NCBI RefSeq assembly: GCF_964204645.1
Contig: NC_134035.1
Location: 6,905,101-6,969,100 of the forward strand
Direction of reading: 5' to 3'
DNA length: 64,000 bases
Origin: Tubulanus polymorphus
Lineage: Eukaryota > Animalia > Nemertea
The notes beneath the pieces are model-generated. The model made no database searches. It saw only the letters and a list, made by a program, of their open reading frames with translations, and was not told where the DNA came from. A program made the position numbers and the translations under genes. This document shows, one piece after another, positions 13,700-27,972 of the stretch (the first letter of the stretch is position 1; every line of letters starts with the position of its first letter).

Positions 13700-14538
13700 T
13701 TTAAAAAAATGGAATGAATTTAAATGACATGGTTTCCAGAGCTAAGGGCCTTTGACTGTGCAACCTAGCATATATTCATAGAAATCATTCATTAAAGCAT
13801 TAACCATTCTCCTAATTGCAGTGAGCTGATGTTTGAAAAAAGGCCTCGTTGAAATTTATATGAGCTTATTTGCGAAAATCTGAACACAAAAATATATAAG
13901 TTTTAAAAAGCCAATCAGAAAGCAATGACTCGTCCATGATTGGCTTAGCTGCAGAAATCAGCAGGTGTCCATGTATACGCGCAGTATCGTCTTCTGTTTT
14001 ACTTCCGGGTTTTATTTTAAGATTTAAAATTGTATTTCAAGATCAATATCTATGAAATTTTTATTTTATTTTGTTTTTGGGGGGAATATTTATATTTGCA
14101 CTACAGAAAATATCATTGTCAATTATGCAAAGTCCGGGAAAAATAGCTTTTTATCAAATTGCATGGATTACCTTGATATGCTAATTGTGCTCAAACTATA
14201 GATTCAATCAAATTTTATTCCAATTATCAAATCCAATTCATTTTTACTTAATTGAACTAATTTAACATCAAATCCAATTCAATTGTGTTAAATTGAGCAA
14301 ATCTCAGAAAACCCAATTCAATTCTTTTCTGCATTCAAATAAATAAGACAAAGGGAAAAGATTGATTTGAGGTATTTGTTCCTGTCAGCTACTTATGAAA
14401 ACACGATTGTACTGTATAAATTACAGGTATTGACTCCGAGTTGGGAGCTTATTTTGACAAGTATAACCCACAGTATGCATCATTTGCCATTTTATTAAAA
14501 GCTGACGGGCTGGCCTTAGTGACCTTGGGGCTCTTGTT
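13700..14538 (+). mobile_element. HINE family B, truncated copy
   Basis: Homologous to 25760-27060. Ends GGCTGGCC...GGGGCTCTTGTT like 27940-27971. Confidence 0.65.
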
Positions 14539-14902
14539 CGAATTACGTAGATATACAAATTAACTGACGGCAATTATATGAGGTTGAATGTATTGTGAAT
14601 TCCTTTGAAAACTGCATATGGGAACAGGCCCTGGACAGTACCAGCGCAACCATAATAAACTATTAACTAAGTTGGTCTACCTCTTCTCACATAAAATCTA
14701 TCTTCCAAGAACTAGAAAAACTAACACCATCACCATTTCTGAACAACTGATTTCTCACAACTGTATAGCTAGGCTCAAAGTACTAGGCAATAATCTGAAA
14801 AACTCAAGATCCCTAGACTCTGTGCCACATGATATCAGTAAAAGCGGATAAACCTCGAAAATAATGATGATTAGAAAAGTTTATATTACCGAAGATACTT
14901 AC

Positions 14903-15025
14903 CTGTGTGACATAACAGGCCCTCCTTACAGCCTCTGGGTTCTCGGTTGGTGTTTGGTTTAGAGCAAGGAATTGATGGGTGGCGCCAAGCTGAACGTGGG
15001 TGTGCTGGTAGACGCAAAAGCAGGT
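14903..15025 (-). other. Candidate isolated spliced exon (host gene or lncRNA), product unknown
   Basis: TTTTTTTCAG acceptor and AG/GTAAGT donor; 123 bp; two reading frames are open. Confidence 0.3.
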
Positions 15026-17726
15026 CTGAAAAAAATTGCTTTAGGTATATTTAATCCTTGGTAGGTTTGGCATTATGTAATAGCAGGTACGTATCTTTAG
15101 TATTAATACAAATTTTACTAATAATTTAAATTAGAACCAAAATTTCCATTTTAATCATAAAATAATGAAAACATTTATACCAAAATGATAATTCAATGGC
15201 ATACCATAAACTGAGAATAGGAAATAGACCCTTGATTTCGGTGATTGCAACTGGACCAAAACGAATCAGAACATCCTGTCCTACTTCACACTGTATTTGT
15301 ATGAAAGTTACCAAACTACAGAAAACACAGGATTTTCAAAGTGTGCAACCTAGTGTTAATACCATATATAAAGTGATGATTTTCATATGGCTGATTGTAT
15401 TACCATGATTCTCAACTTGATCATAGTTTCTAGGACACCCGAGTATGATCGATTTTACTGGTATGGTACATAGAATATACATTTTCAGGTCTAATGAAGG
15501 ATGTTCTTATCGATGGAAAAGAAATCTTGAACTGGAAAATATTCCCATTAGAATTCAAGTCTAACTATATTTCGAGGTGAGAAATGAATTGTTAATGCCT
15601 TCCCCAAGTACTTGAATAAAACCTATAACAATAATTCTCTATTTTCAGCATTGGTTGACGTCTATGACGTCATGCCAATGCTAGTGTCAAAGTGAATCGA
15701 AATTAGTAGTACGAAAAACTGTGCCAACTCATCTCATTTTCATAGTAACTTCAAATTATCACCTCATTCACGCATAACATTAGAAACAGCTGAAAATGAC
15801 TCAAAATAATGTTTCAATTATTCCCCACAACATAGCGTCGCCAGATGACTGATTTAATGGTCCAAAAAGTTATTCTATCGCATTTTTCTCGTAAGTTATC
15901 TGGTAGATGATAGCGGGTTAAACAATCGCGAAGTGATATGTTTGCAAGAAGTATAAATACACATTCATAATGGTCAAAATTTGACCACTTCTTTCTCTGG
16001 ACATGATGTTTTATACAAACTTCACAATTTCCTAAAAACCCATTGCCTGAAAGGAGATCCATATAATGGCAAAACGAAATGTAGTTTCAAAATTACCAAC
16101 CAAATGTAATAACTCACTTGTGTACATGTTAATGGGAATTTTATTTTAAAATATTTACAGATTTACTTCGTCGATTTATGCTGTTTCAGGTTTGGTCCAA
16201 TCTTCTTTCTAATTTCGACCACGGTAACCCCCGATGTATACTTCAAAACATTGATTTGGAATGAGACAAATCTATAAAACATTTTAATATTGCACACAAT
16301 TCCAATCAATAAACCAATAAATCAATATCCCTAATATCAATCATCTGGTCACACCTACCATGACAGGACTCTTGACCTCTTTTTCAGTAATTTGTTCCGG
16401 CGGAAAGCTTACATTTCATTTTTCATATACATAAATCACTACTCAAGGAAATGTATGTACTCACTCCCTAAATTAATAATGGAAAATTCCATTTTCATTT
16501 GTAAGTGATTAATTCATATGTAGAAAGAATTGGCAAATACTGTTCAATACCGGCTGATCATTCAGTTCAATGTTATGGAATCATTAGTATAGTATGCAAA
16601 CAAGCGTCTTTTTCATGACTGGACAGATTGTGATTTAAAAAAAGTTCATGGTGTAATCTAGGCCTACTTAAAAAAGCTGGCATGGACATGTTGTTCTTTG
16701 CCATGCATCAAATAAAGTTTGGATGAATTTGATTTATTGATTCAGCTAGGCACTTGCACAAGTCGCAACAATCGAGCGACTTGCGGTAATAAAAATCATT
16801 CCCAACAATATCGCTGATTTTTTTACAGTCTCTGGAGACTTACAATTCCAAATCACACTGAAATCGAGTTTTTAACGTAAACCACGAGATTTTGTATGCG
16901 CATGCGCGTAATTATAACTTTGCACACGGTTCTTGAATTTTTTGGATATGACGAAAATTGACAAATCGGCAACAATTTCGGTAAAAAGGTGAGTCAAGTC
17001 TTTATTTCATATAAAAGGAGTGCCAAGACGCTTTTGAGAATAGTCCAGACGCAAAATTTGATTTGTTTTTAGTTAAAAAACATCGTTTTGGGGTGCATCT
17101 TTGAACTCAATCAGGTTTTATGGAGGCCGCCATCATGGATGTCTCAAGAGAGGAAGCCAATATGGCGGCTCTTCACGTAAATTTCGTCAATTTTGACGAT
17201 CAAATTTCTCGATAAGAAAAATGATTTAAGCATTCATTCTTATTCTTTATTGGTATATGACTAAGGGGTAGTTATCTATTGGCCTAATTGATGTCTCATT
17301 TGTGTATTTTCATGTTAGTAAACATTTTTTCGCTTGAAATATTGTTTACTAACCGGCTGCTCACGCATAATTAGTTCACGTGATCACAAAGCGATGCCCT
17401 GATTGGTTCTCTACAAAAACATAAGCACGTGGCTAAACACATGTCAATGTTTACATGCTTTCTTCTGTCTAAATAGTAGGGATTTGAACTTATATTTAAC
17501 ATTGTGTTAATTTTGTTGTGACACAAGCATGTCCACTGTCATTTTAATATCTCATTCTTTGGCCTCTTTTGACTACATGAGACATTTTTACAAGTATCTC
17601 CCCATTGAATCATGAATCTGAATATTGGAAAAAATACAAAGAATGAGGAATGTCATTTTTATTTGAATTTTCTTATTTATATCATCTGCTTATACAATTT
17701 TGTTTTTCTTTATAGAATTCATTATC

Positions 17727-20700
17727 ATGGCACAGCGACTACGTGATCTGATAGAGTCGTATAAGAATGAATATGATCCTGGTACTGGTCGACTCAGCCA
17801 CACGTCTGTTCGTCTTGGACTAGTGTTCTATCTTCATAGCCTGAATAAGACAGCAACGCAATTCAAATCAACTGGTGAAAAAGTTAGGAATTTGTCACAG
17901 GATTTCAGCCATTGTAATTTTGATGCTCTGTGTAAACTTATACGGCGAAATGTTCTGGACCTTGAAAGTTTAGAGAAACAAATCGACAGAAATTGGAACT
18001 CTATTTCAAAGTTTCTGGATGAAGACTGTCCGTGTCCATTCCAGTCTTTGGATTTAAGTGCAACCAGATCTGAAACATCTCAACGGTCATCATTGAAAGA
18101 AAATCTCTCTGGGTCTCAGTTATCAGAAGGCCTAGCCGCAGATTTTTTCCAATCATCAGGACTTATTTCCACGCCATTGTCTACGTCGACACCATCTAAG
18201 CGATTGTTAAACCATGATGTGTACTCACCATCACCGAAAAAGTTAAGAGCTGATTGTTCGAGTTGTTGTCATTGTTGTCATCGCCGAGGAGCTGTTAAAA
18301 AGATATGTAAATCAAACCGAAATTACCGGAGAACATTATCAGAATTAAAGTCGATTACATCATTTACTGCCACCAAAGCTCAATTAGTTCAAGCTGTGAA
18401 TCGTAAGACTGAAATAGAGAAGAAATTGAGATCGAAAATTCGTGTATTAGATTCAAAGATGCGCATACAGGAAATGACGATTAAATCTTTGCGAAATAAA
18501 CTGGAAGGTGAAAGTCTTTATGCGGAGATAAAGAAATTAAAAAATCGAATTGCTAAAAACAAGTGTGAAGCAAAAAAACATATTTCTGAGTTAGAAAAAA
18601 ATATAGTCGAAATAGAGCGGCATAATGCAGCGCTAAAGACACAGCTTGCTTCATTGCAAACAGAGTTTTGTGACTTAACCATGCAATTTGAAGATGCCAA
18701 AATGGATAGGAGTGCCAATAATTATTCAATTAATGTGAAAAAGGACAAAAAAACTTATAGTGTATCATATCGCAAAGCGGGATATCATTGTTTGCCACGC
18801 CATTTGGCACGGTCAAAAAGAGCGAACCAGGCCCGGACCAAATTTTGGACCGGTCTAAATATGCGTGTGTGGACAGAAACTGGTACCAGGTCCGGTCTAA
18901 ATCGTAATTCTGAATCTCTGCGGTAGATGTCGTTACCGCTGCGGCAGAGTGTGAGTCCAATTTATTAAGTTTTAAATGCTTTTATTACCGTTTATGTAAT
19001 TATTTTTAAGTACTCTTTTTCCTCCCTTTTCAATGGAAATGTTTGGAGCGTAATTCGTATTCGTATATCGCGATCATCATCCGTTTTACTACCTTGCTTT
19101 GAACCGTGTTTAAATGACACTTAGAGTTTCAGCGTGATAGAATAAAATCAAATTCGCAAAAATGTATAAACGTGACATAGGATCGAATTGGTCAAATGAA
19201 GAATGTCTTGCTCTACTTGGAATCTGGAAGCAAGACTTCATCCAGGCGCAATTAATTATTTAGCAGATGGCGACATCTTGTGGGCCCGATGACAAGCGAT
19301 TTTATCACCGCGTGTCAAAACGCCGTGTGAACGCCCACCAAAATTTGACCAGGTACGGACCCATTTAGGCCGGTCTAACTAGTTGTCGTGTGAAGGCGGC
19401 TCAAGTTTCAGTTGAGGCAACTAGTCGGCTATTGCAACCAATCGTCAAGGAACTCACTGGCCTTGAATTGAACGACAAGGCACATCCAACAACTGTTGCT
19501 CAATTTGCATATGAATTGGGCATCATATCTGAACTACAAGTTGGTGAAATTTTAAAAGATAATGACAACATAACTTTGGCATGGGATGCCACATCTCTGA
19601 AAGGTGACCGTATTAATGAAGTTCATATTTGTGTTTCACGCGAAGATGATGGACAGGTTGGATATGTTTTACAGATTGCTTCATTAACAGGTGGCACTCA
19701 AATGGATTATGTCAGTCATATCAGTCTCTTCAGGAAGTTGCGGAGACATATGCATTATTTCACGACTGTGAATTTGTTGATGTTTATGACTCATTCAAAA
19801 GTCATATTAAAAACTCAATATCCGATAGGGTTAATGTGAACCACTGTGTTGTGACTCAGCTCGAAGAAAAATTAGAGATGAAATTGCTAGAACTGAATTG
19901 TAATCTTCATCCCTTGGATGGCTTATCGCATAAAACTATCACAGTTCTCAAGAATGTTGACACAAGTTATAACGTCATTGGAAAACTATTCGGTAGTAGT
20001 TGCAAGGTTGTGAATGTTATTATTGCATTAAACAAAATGAGGTTTAAAGACGGTAAAGGAGACCCGGCTGATTTCAAACTTTTTATGAAACGTGAAAATA
20101 TTGCGTTTGGTATGATCGTCCGCTACGTGGGTAACCGGTTCCACGTCTTATTCCACTTATGTGGAGTCTACTTTTACTTGCACAAAAAATTACTTCATTA
20201 CCTGAAGTATGCCTGTAACAACAATACAACATTGAAAACTACACTGATTGAGGATTTAATGAACGATCACATAATTATTCATCTACAGGTGCTGGGACTG
20301 TTAGGAAAGGTCGTAACTGGGCCGTGGATGCGAAAATTGTATGCTAATCGAAACAAACTCAGTAACCTGGAGATGGTGCCGTATCTGAAACGCTGCGTCG
20401 AAAATTTGAAATCATTAAATGAGCAACCTTTAGATTTGTTATCAGCCGAAAGTGATATCTTTGGTGAGGAATTACCAGTAGATGAAATTTTCCAATGTCT
20501 TCAGGTCATCCCGCCTCAGGCTGATGAATTCTTTGATGTTTGTAAGTCGCTTACATCCGGATATATATATGTTTTGGAGAATCAGTTGCGCAGATACTTA
20601 GTTGGGGATTTATCATCTCCTACTGCAAGTATGTTATTGCAGACAAGCTCTGCACCAGTGCATGATATGTTCCCAGAAAGAATTATGGGGACTGTAGACT

Positions 20701-21274
20701 CACTCTGCCGCCATGCGCCCAATGCTCAGAGTGGGTTTGTCGATGGGATTGTAAAAAGTAAACAGAACAATACTCTTCAGTGGCTTAACACTAAACCGGC
20801 AAATATCCAGGAGCAAATAGTCGGATTTGCCATCACTCGTGGACGTAATAAAATCTCCGGAAACATCAATCGGATAAAATTACTATCGAAAAAGAAAAGC
20901 GAATTAAGGCAAAGCAACAGAAAAAAGACACACGTGAACGTAACCGTGTTACGAGACAATTCGAGGCAGTCCTAGTTTCTAAGGAACTTGTCGATGGTAC
21001 TGATGAACAAATTCGTTCATTTATCAATGATCCATCTATACTGAAAGATAAATATATCGATCATTCATGGACTGAGGATGATTACCATGAGTGTGTCTAT
21101 CATGGGAAAATCTTAAATGTGAAATCGCGTAAAAAAAACAAAATTGATGTACCCGAATACACTATTGCCTATTGGTCAGATAATGAAGAGGAGGAGGCAT
21201 CCGTTGACTACAAACTCTTGGTTTCGGAGATCCTTACGGACTTGTATTTTGGTGACTTGGTGTTAATTCAGTAA
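17727..21274 (+). pseudogene. Large DDE (hAT-like, CxxH-containing) transposase, interrupted and frameshifted
   Basis: ORFs 17700-18926, 19390-19839 and 19836-20975 join into one protein: coiled coil, LAWDATS (D), SDRVNVN (D), CNLHPLD (CxxH), RYVGNRFH, LGLLGKVVTGPWM, FPERIMG (E), N.TLQWL. The C-terminal frame ends at TAA 21272-21274. TIRs were not located. Confidence 0.7.
18795..19400 (+). mobile_element. Internally deleted PIF/Harbinger-derived element
   Basis: Right end CGTGTGAAGGCGGC followed by TCA, with repeated CGTGTG(A/G)A and GGACC/GGTC motifs. 19162-19263 encodes SNWSNEECLALLGIWKQDFIQAQL (Myb/SANT-like start). It interrupts the transposase between YHCL and QVSVE. Confidence 0.65.
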
Positions 21275-22199
21275 GGTATAACATATGTTTATCTGTTTAA
21301 AATGCCTTAAAATAAATTCTCCTTCAAAAAACATGAAGTTTGATACCTCACATGGCTGTGTTTGGTTAACTGGAGTTGAATCGGAAATCCAATATGGCCG
21401 ACTTAATGATATCCAATATGGCCGCCTAAAAAAAATTGAAACTGTTTCTTTTACGATTTTACCCCAATATCTGTAGTTAGCAATAACACAATGATATTTC
21501 CTTAACCATCAGTAAGCAATAACATGCTTTAACCATTCTAGAAATTAGAATAATATACTGTGCTGTTCTGATACCAGTGCGATTTGTCAAAGCTCAAGGT
21601 CACTATGACCTTCATAAAGGTCGCACGATTCTGAAAACTTTGATTTATCATATAAGGACATATTATCCATCCATGGTGAAAATTTCAGGCTGATACCATG
21701 ACTAAGAGAGAAAATATGGCTGTTTTAACAAGGAAAACATCTAAAAAAATCTCTGTTTTTCGAACTATTGTCTTAGTTAATTCAAATACATAAATCGGCT
21801 AATCTTTCAACACTTAAATATAAATATCTCCACTTCTAGATAAGATAGAAAGGTAATTTAAAAAGCATGTGATTTTTTTTCTTAGTTCAATCCATCTATC
21901 ATGTTTTAAAAGATCTAGCAATGATTTAAAATTTTTGTTCAAGTGCCTAATGCAGCACACGCCACTGATTTTACCGATTACAGTAAATTCAATCATCATC
22001 GTCGACTATAAATATTTGATGAAACACAATAATACTTTCCTTGGAGCGTGAATTCAAACCCCGGACTGTTCGAACTAAGAAATTATCCATGAAAATTGAC
22101 CAAAAACAGCAAAAACATCCTCGAAATAATTGCAAATGGCGCCGTGCATGCCTGCATGCTCATTCCCAGTCCTTTGCTAGCCGTCGTGAATGGTTATTA

Positions 22200-22398
22200 A
22201 AATGGTAACGAGGCATATTTTGTTATCACAATCAATTACAAAATCGAAGCTGCTGACATGTTCTATGATTGTGGTGAGTTTCAAGGTCATTGGTTTTTGT
22301 ATATGGTCACCAGGGGGCGTTGAATATTGAAATTGTTAGATTGTTGAGCATTTGGAACCACTTCCCAAGTGGGCATGGTGTCCCTGGACCCCTAGTTT
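22200..22398 (+). repeat. HINE family A 3' fragment
   Basis: Near-identical to about 12995-13192, ending GGTGTCCCTGGACCCCTAGTTT. Confidence 0.8.
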
Positions 22399-25300
22399 AA
22401 ACTCAACAGCAGTAATTAGGAAATGTGGGTTTCAGGCCAGAGTACGAGACACACTACTCATCACCACAAGTAATTTTTTTTCCTCACTAACCACCACAAG
22501 TAATTTTTTCCCATAATAAATGGGAGATAGTGAGTACCAGACAGAAAACAATGATGTTAATAAAAATCAATATTATTGACCATATTGTAAAAAATACGTC
22601 GAATAAATCAAATAAATCTCATCATGAAAAATCTGCAAATCATAAAAAAAATGTTATAGATTTTGAAACTCCAGAAAATTCCAATGAAAGAAAAGAACGA
22701 TTAAATATGAAAATAGATGAAATGAATTGTGAAGTTTGTAATGAATTTATAGTAAAAAGGAATTTTAACATCTCGAATGACAAAAACACCAACAAAATTT
22801 TAATAAAAATATTTTAGGAACAGAATATTTTGATGATTAACCTCAACAAGTAAAAAAATCAGCTTCAAAACTAAATCTATTTCAAATAAACCTTATATGG
22901 AAAATGTTAGAAATTATATCGATTTAATAGAAATAGAAGATATAAATTGAAATTTTTGAAACATGACGTAGTAAAATTGGTCCTGCAGCTATTATATTTG
23001 GATTTTTTTATAGGCGCAACAATAGAAGAGATTATGGCAAATATATTGAAATAATGGAAAAAATAATGGACCTTGTAACACATGTTGAATATCCAAAGAT
23101 TAGTATCTCTGGAAAAGTAAGTTTTATTAAGTCAGAAGAAAAAATGGATTATAATATTCAAACATATTCTGAAGAAATAATTTAAAAAACACACAAAAGA
23201 GAAATTAGAAAAAGTATTTAATGAATTTGAATGCATATTGAAGAAAGATATTTTGAGGGTTCTGGCTTATCATTGAATGAAATTATATTTTTTAGATTTA
23301 AATATTTATAATACAAAAAAGAATAAAGCATCAAAAAGTAATAAAATGTTTACAAATGATTCAAACTTTACAACAGAAAAGGATATTAAAGCATCATCTT
23401 ATATTAAATTACCATTTACAACATAAGCAGTAATAAATGTTCAAAATGAAGATAATAAATGTTTTCTATGGTCAATTATAAGTTGCTTACATCCAACAGA
23501 AGAACATGTTTATAGAATAGCAAATTTAAACAAATAGATTTATTCTTTAGAACGGAAAGTGATCACCATCGTAAAATTTATCTATGTAGAAAATTTTTAT
23601 CTAAATTTATGACCGAGAATGCATTATTAAAACATAAAGAATTATGTGATAATAAGATTTTTGTAAATTAAAAATGCCAACAAAAAAAGATCATAAATTG
23701 AAATTTACTAATCATGAATTTAAAAACATAGTGCCATTCGTAATTAGTGGGGATTTTGAATCGTTGAATAAAGAATTAACTGATGAAGATAGAAAAGAAA
23801 TATATAACGAAAAGCAATTTTTATAATCAATGGACAAAGGAAATGAATTAAATGAAGACATAATTCAAGGCCCACCAATTATAAACACAATTAAAAAAGT
23901 TCATCAAAGAGCTGCTGCTTATGGAATTTATATAAAACCAAATTATCCTGAATTATATAAAAGTCAATATATTTCGTTTAGAGGTGAAGATGTAGTAAAT
24001 GAATTTTGTAATAAAATAATTGAATTAGAAAGTGATTTTGCAAAATTATTAAACAAAAATAAGAGAATAGTTATGACAAAAGAAGATGAAATTGATTTTA
24101 ATTATGCAACTCATTGTTGTTATTGTGAAAAACGTTTTTATTCATTTGATAAAAAAGTTAAAGATCATGATCATTTAAATTCAAAATATCGTGGAGCTGC
24201 TCATGAAGATTGTAATTCACGAGCTAAAAAAGTAAATTTCGTACCCACTTATTTATAAAACAATTATCAGGAAAATTAGGTGCAAATAATCAAGAAATAG
24301 AAGAATATAATGCTAAAAATGATTTAAATGTAAGAAAATATGATTTTAAACTATTAGCTAAGACATCTGAAAATTACATTTCATTTCAATTTGGTTGTTT
24401 GAAATTTTTAGCAAGTTCATTAGATAATTTAGGAAAAAGTTTAGTTGATAATGATTTTGTAATAACTCGACATTATTATCCAAATAAATAGATTATTGAG
24501 ATATAAAGGTGCAATTCCTTATTCATTATTGGTTTACCTTTGTAAGCGATATGAGGTTGGCATTGAGCCAATTCATGTAAGATCGCGGTACGTTTTTTTA
24601 TGTGAGCATTTGTTTCATTGGTTCTCGGCTTAAACAACGTATAATCGATGCGATTGAAGACATGGCGAACCTCCGTCGATGTACATGGTCAACTGAGTTA
24701 AAATTCTACGAAAAACTGTTCTTGGTGGGAAAATTCTTAGCTCTCGCGTATAAAATTGCAATGCTCGATTGGCGGGCGTCGTCTCTACGAGCGAATGGGA
24801 TTGGCTGTTTTTGGGATTATCGGGGAATTCCGGCGCTACTAAAATAATTATGGGAAAGCCATAGAATGGTGTACGCTTCATGGGTCTAGGTGCCGTATAC
24901 GTGCGAATTTTAAATGCTCATTGCTGGTGAGGATGTAATTATTTCACACATCCGCCATAGGTATTGTTTCATCTTAATACCCGGTGATTGTTTTGATTGA
25001 CATTGAAGTGTAAGCGAACAATCACTTACATGAGGCCTCCACCTGTGCGCGCAGAGTGCTACACGACACACACACACACACAAGCTCGTACAGTACACTA
25101 CTCAAGGTGATGCTGTAACGCGTGCGCGTTTGACATGAAAATAGGCTGAATAATCGTAGCAGAAGATGAGCGCTGTGTTTTCTGTTTGATAGAATTTGTA
25201 ATAAATGTGTAACTGAAAATATTAAGCAGCGAACTAAAAGTATAGGTCGAGGTCTGAATATTGTAGTGGTAAATTCCAGGATTTATAACGATCTAATAGC

Positions 25301-25406
25301 CGATTTCTTCTGTACCGGTATTTTAGCTTCCGCGGTCAACACTGGAAGAGGTTTCCATGACCCAATATTCAGCCACCCTCTGATATGTGACATCATATGA
25401 ATTTTA

Positions 25407-25698
25407 GGCCATCCCAAAATAATGGTCTGTTTGCCGTAACCCGACCGAAAAGTCGTAACCGAGTGAAAACTTTTTTCTGGGATTCATTGAAATAAATTTT
25501 ATTTTAGATAAAAACGGCCGACCGACCCACTGCCTACATATGAGCTACGTATTATATATGTTTGAATTCAAGGGTGCATTGTGTGAAAACTTGCCTAGTC
25601 AATGTTGCCTAATTTAATTTTTCCAGGAAACTGGCAGTTTTCCATCCTGAAAAGTTGAGTCGGTGTTACGGCAAACAGACAATTATTTTGGGATGGCC
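25407..25698. mobile_element. MITE with ~33-bp TIRs and TTA TSD (Zator- or PIF/Harbinger-like)
   Basis: GGCCATCCCAAAATAAT.GTCTGTTTGCCGTAAC and its reverse complement, TTA on both flanks. Absent from the sister copy near 42685. Confidence 0.85.
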
Positions 25699-25711
25699 TT
25701 ATTTGAATATT

Positions 25712-27972
25712 TTTAGGCCAGCCGTAGGCTGAGCCTATTACTATACAAATGGAGCGAATTACTATACAAATGGAGCGAATTTAAATGACATGGTTTCCAC
25801 ACAAAAGGCTCTTTTGCTTGCCAAGTGAGGGCATATTCGAACAAATCACGTATTTAAGCGTAATCCATTCTCGGAATCGTAGTGAGCAGAATTTTGAAAT
25901 AGGGTCTCATAAAAATGTTTTCTGCATTTTTCACGAAAGTTAAATCGGGAAAATTTCAATTTTTATCAGCCAATCAGGAAGTTGTGTCTTCCCTGTGATT
26001 GGTTTATCTGAAAATATCAGCAGCTGTTCACGTGAATTATCGCGATTTCATTACTGGCGCTTTTGCGCATGACGTCATGTATCAACACGCGACAATACTT
26101 CCGCGTTCGCTACGTGTTCGCTGATTGGCCCATTTACTGGGAAATTCCACAGAAGCCTAATGTGGTTTGTAACAAGCGCTGTGATTGGCCCGACCCGATT
26201 CTGGCATGGCTTTAGCTTAGTGGGTTCGAATCCCTTGACGGGTGAAGATGATGGATCCTATCAATATCTATTGAAAAAAATAAGTTTCCCGGTTGGGCAG
26301 CCACGGATATCTACCGGAAGTGTTCCGGTTCGATATTTCGAGGTTTCTTTGAATTTTGGAGTGATATTGAAATCCGGTAAATACCAGCGGTAGATTGTGA
26401 AAACCCATTGCATGATATTTGTATTACTTAATCAACGAAAAGCATCAGGGCCGCGCCAGGAGTTTTCGTGATTCAAGTAGCGCAATAGCCTACTTCTTCG
26501 TGTTCGTCCACCTCAATTTTCACTCCGCCGATCTCTGACACGGCTCTGTTCCCGTCGGCGCTGTGATTGCACTTTCGTACCACCAAAATTTTTTATTTCT
26601 ATATCAGGGAGGTCTGGAGAATAAAAAAGTCAAAATTTGGATATCACATAGGCCTGATTTCATCGAATAAGTCGACCATGGTCGTTACGTTTCCGTACTT
26701 ATTACCACCTAAAACCGTCTGAACAATTTTGTCACAACCAACATTTCGTTTACAGAAATCAGGTGTTCACGTGAATCCGCGGTATCGTCTACTGTTTTAC
26801 TTCCGGGTTTTATTTTAAGATTTAAAATTGTATTTCAAGATCGATTTCTATGAAATCTTTAGTTGATTTGGTGTTTGGGAGGAATTTTTATTTGCTCTAC
26901 AGAAAATTCATCCTTGACAATTGCGCAAGGTTCGCGAAAAAAGGTTTTACCAAATCGGGTGTGTGACCTTGATATGCTAATTAGCCATGTGCCCGAATTG
27001 CAAATTCAATCAAATTTTATTCTGCCAAAAAATGTTAAATACAATTCGCTTTCCGAGAGTTAATGGTATGCTGCATGGAACAAAGTTGTTTTGAGATGGG
27101 TCTTGAAGCTATTGAGGTCGAGAGATAACCATCTAGATAGTTCGTGAGAGTTCCAAAGTTTTGAAGACGCTTCAAGGTAATGTCTTGATATTTGTTTTAT
27201 ACGTGTATCTACACTAGACACATCTTCAGGCCAAAAACTGGCCCTGTCAGATTCAAGATGGCCGACTGGCAGCCATTGTTGTTCGCCAAAATCAGCACTT
27301 TTTACACATTTTTGAAGTTTTCGAGGGAAATTTTGAAGACACTTTTATCAATAACCTTGATCATTCGTATATATTTGTATCCCCCAAGGGCCCATCAGCA
27401 TGAGAAAAATTGAGTCGATCGGACTCAAGATGGCCGTACTGTGACCTTTTTTGTTCCCAAAAATGTCAATTTTGGCCTGAATTCTGAGTACTGTAGCTTT
27501 CTAATGGTGTGCCATGTTTCATTGCAATTTGTAATGGGTATTCTTTGGAAAGGGATCTTTTATATCCGAGAGGGTATTTTTGACCAGGCAATTATGACGC
27601 ACTTGGCAGCCATCTTGGGGTCATCAGTACTCATTCGTAGGTGGAAAAAAAGTTTTTCCACATCATAATTGATACTTAAGCATATTTTGCTACTATAATC
27701 AATTGGAAAGTTGTAGCTCATGACATGTTCTATGATCGAGGTGAGTTTCAAGCTCATTGTTTTTTTTAATGGCCACCAGGGGGCGTTGAACAATACAATA
27801 ACTTAGTATTTCTATATTACATTCGTTCCTGCTGTCTGTGTTAACACACGATTTTACTATGTAAATGATATTGAGCAGGGAGTGTATATTGATAAATATA
27901 ACCCACAGATTACATCATTTATAAAAAGCAAATCTGACAGGCTGGCCATTGTGCCCCTTGGGGCTCTTGTTT
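25712..27972 (+). mobile_element. HINE family B, full copy, chimeric with HINE-A internal sequence (27158-27830)
   Basis: 5' TTTAGGCCAGCC and 3' GGCTGGCC, hairpin GCCCCTTGGGGC, TCTTGTT. Inserted in a T run; the empty site is at 42691-42710. Confidence 0.75.

Noticed and set aside
22400-22520. Left TIR of the Polinton-like element
   Set aside because: Only a short tandem duplication (CACCACAAGTAATTTTTT twice); no inverted partner found near 43 kb
26195-26240. tRNA gene (GGTTCGAATCC)
   Set aside because: Only a T-loop/B-box motif; no cloverleaf or acceptor stem could be built
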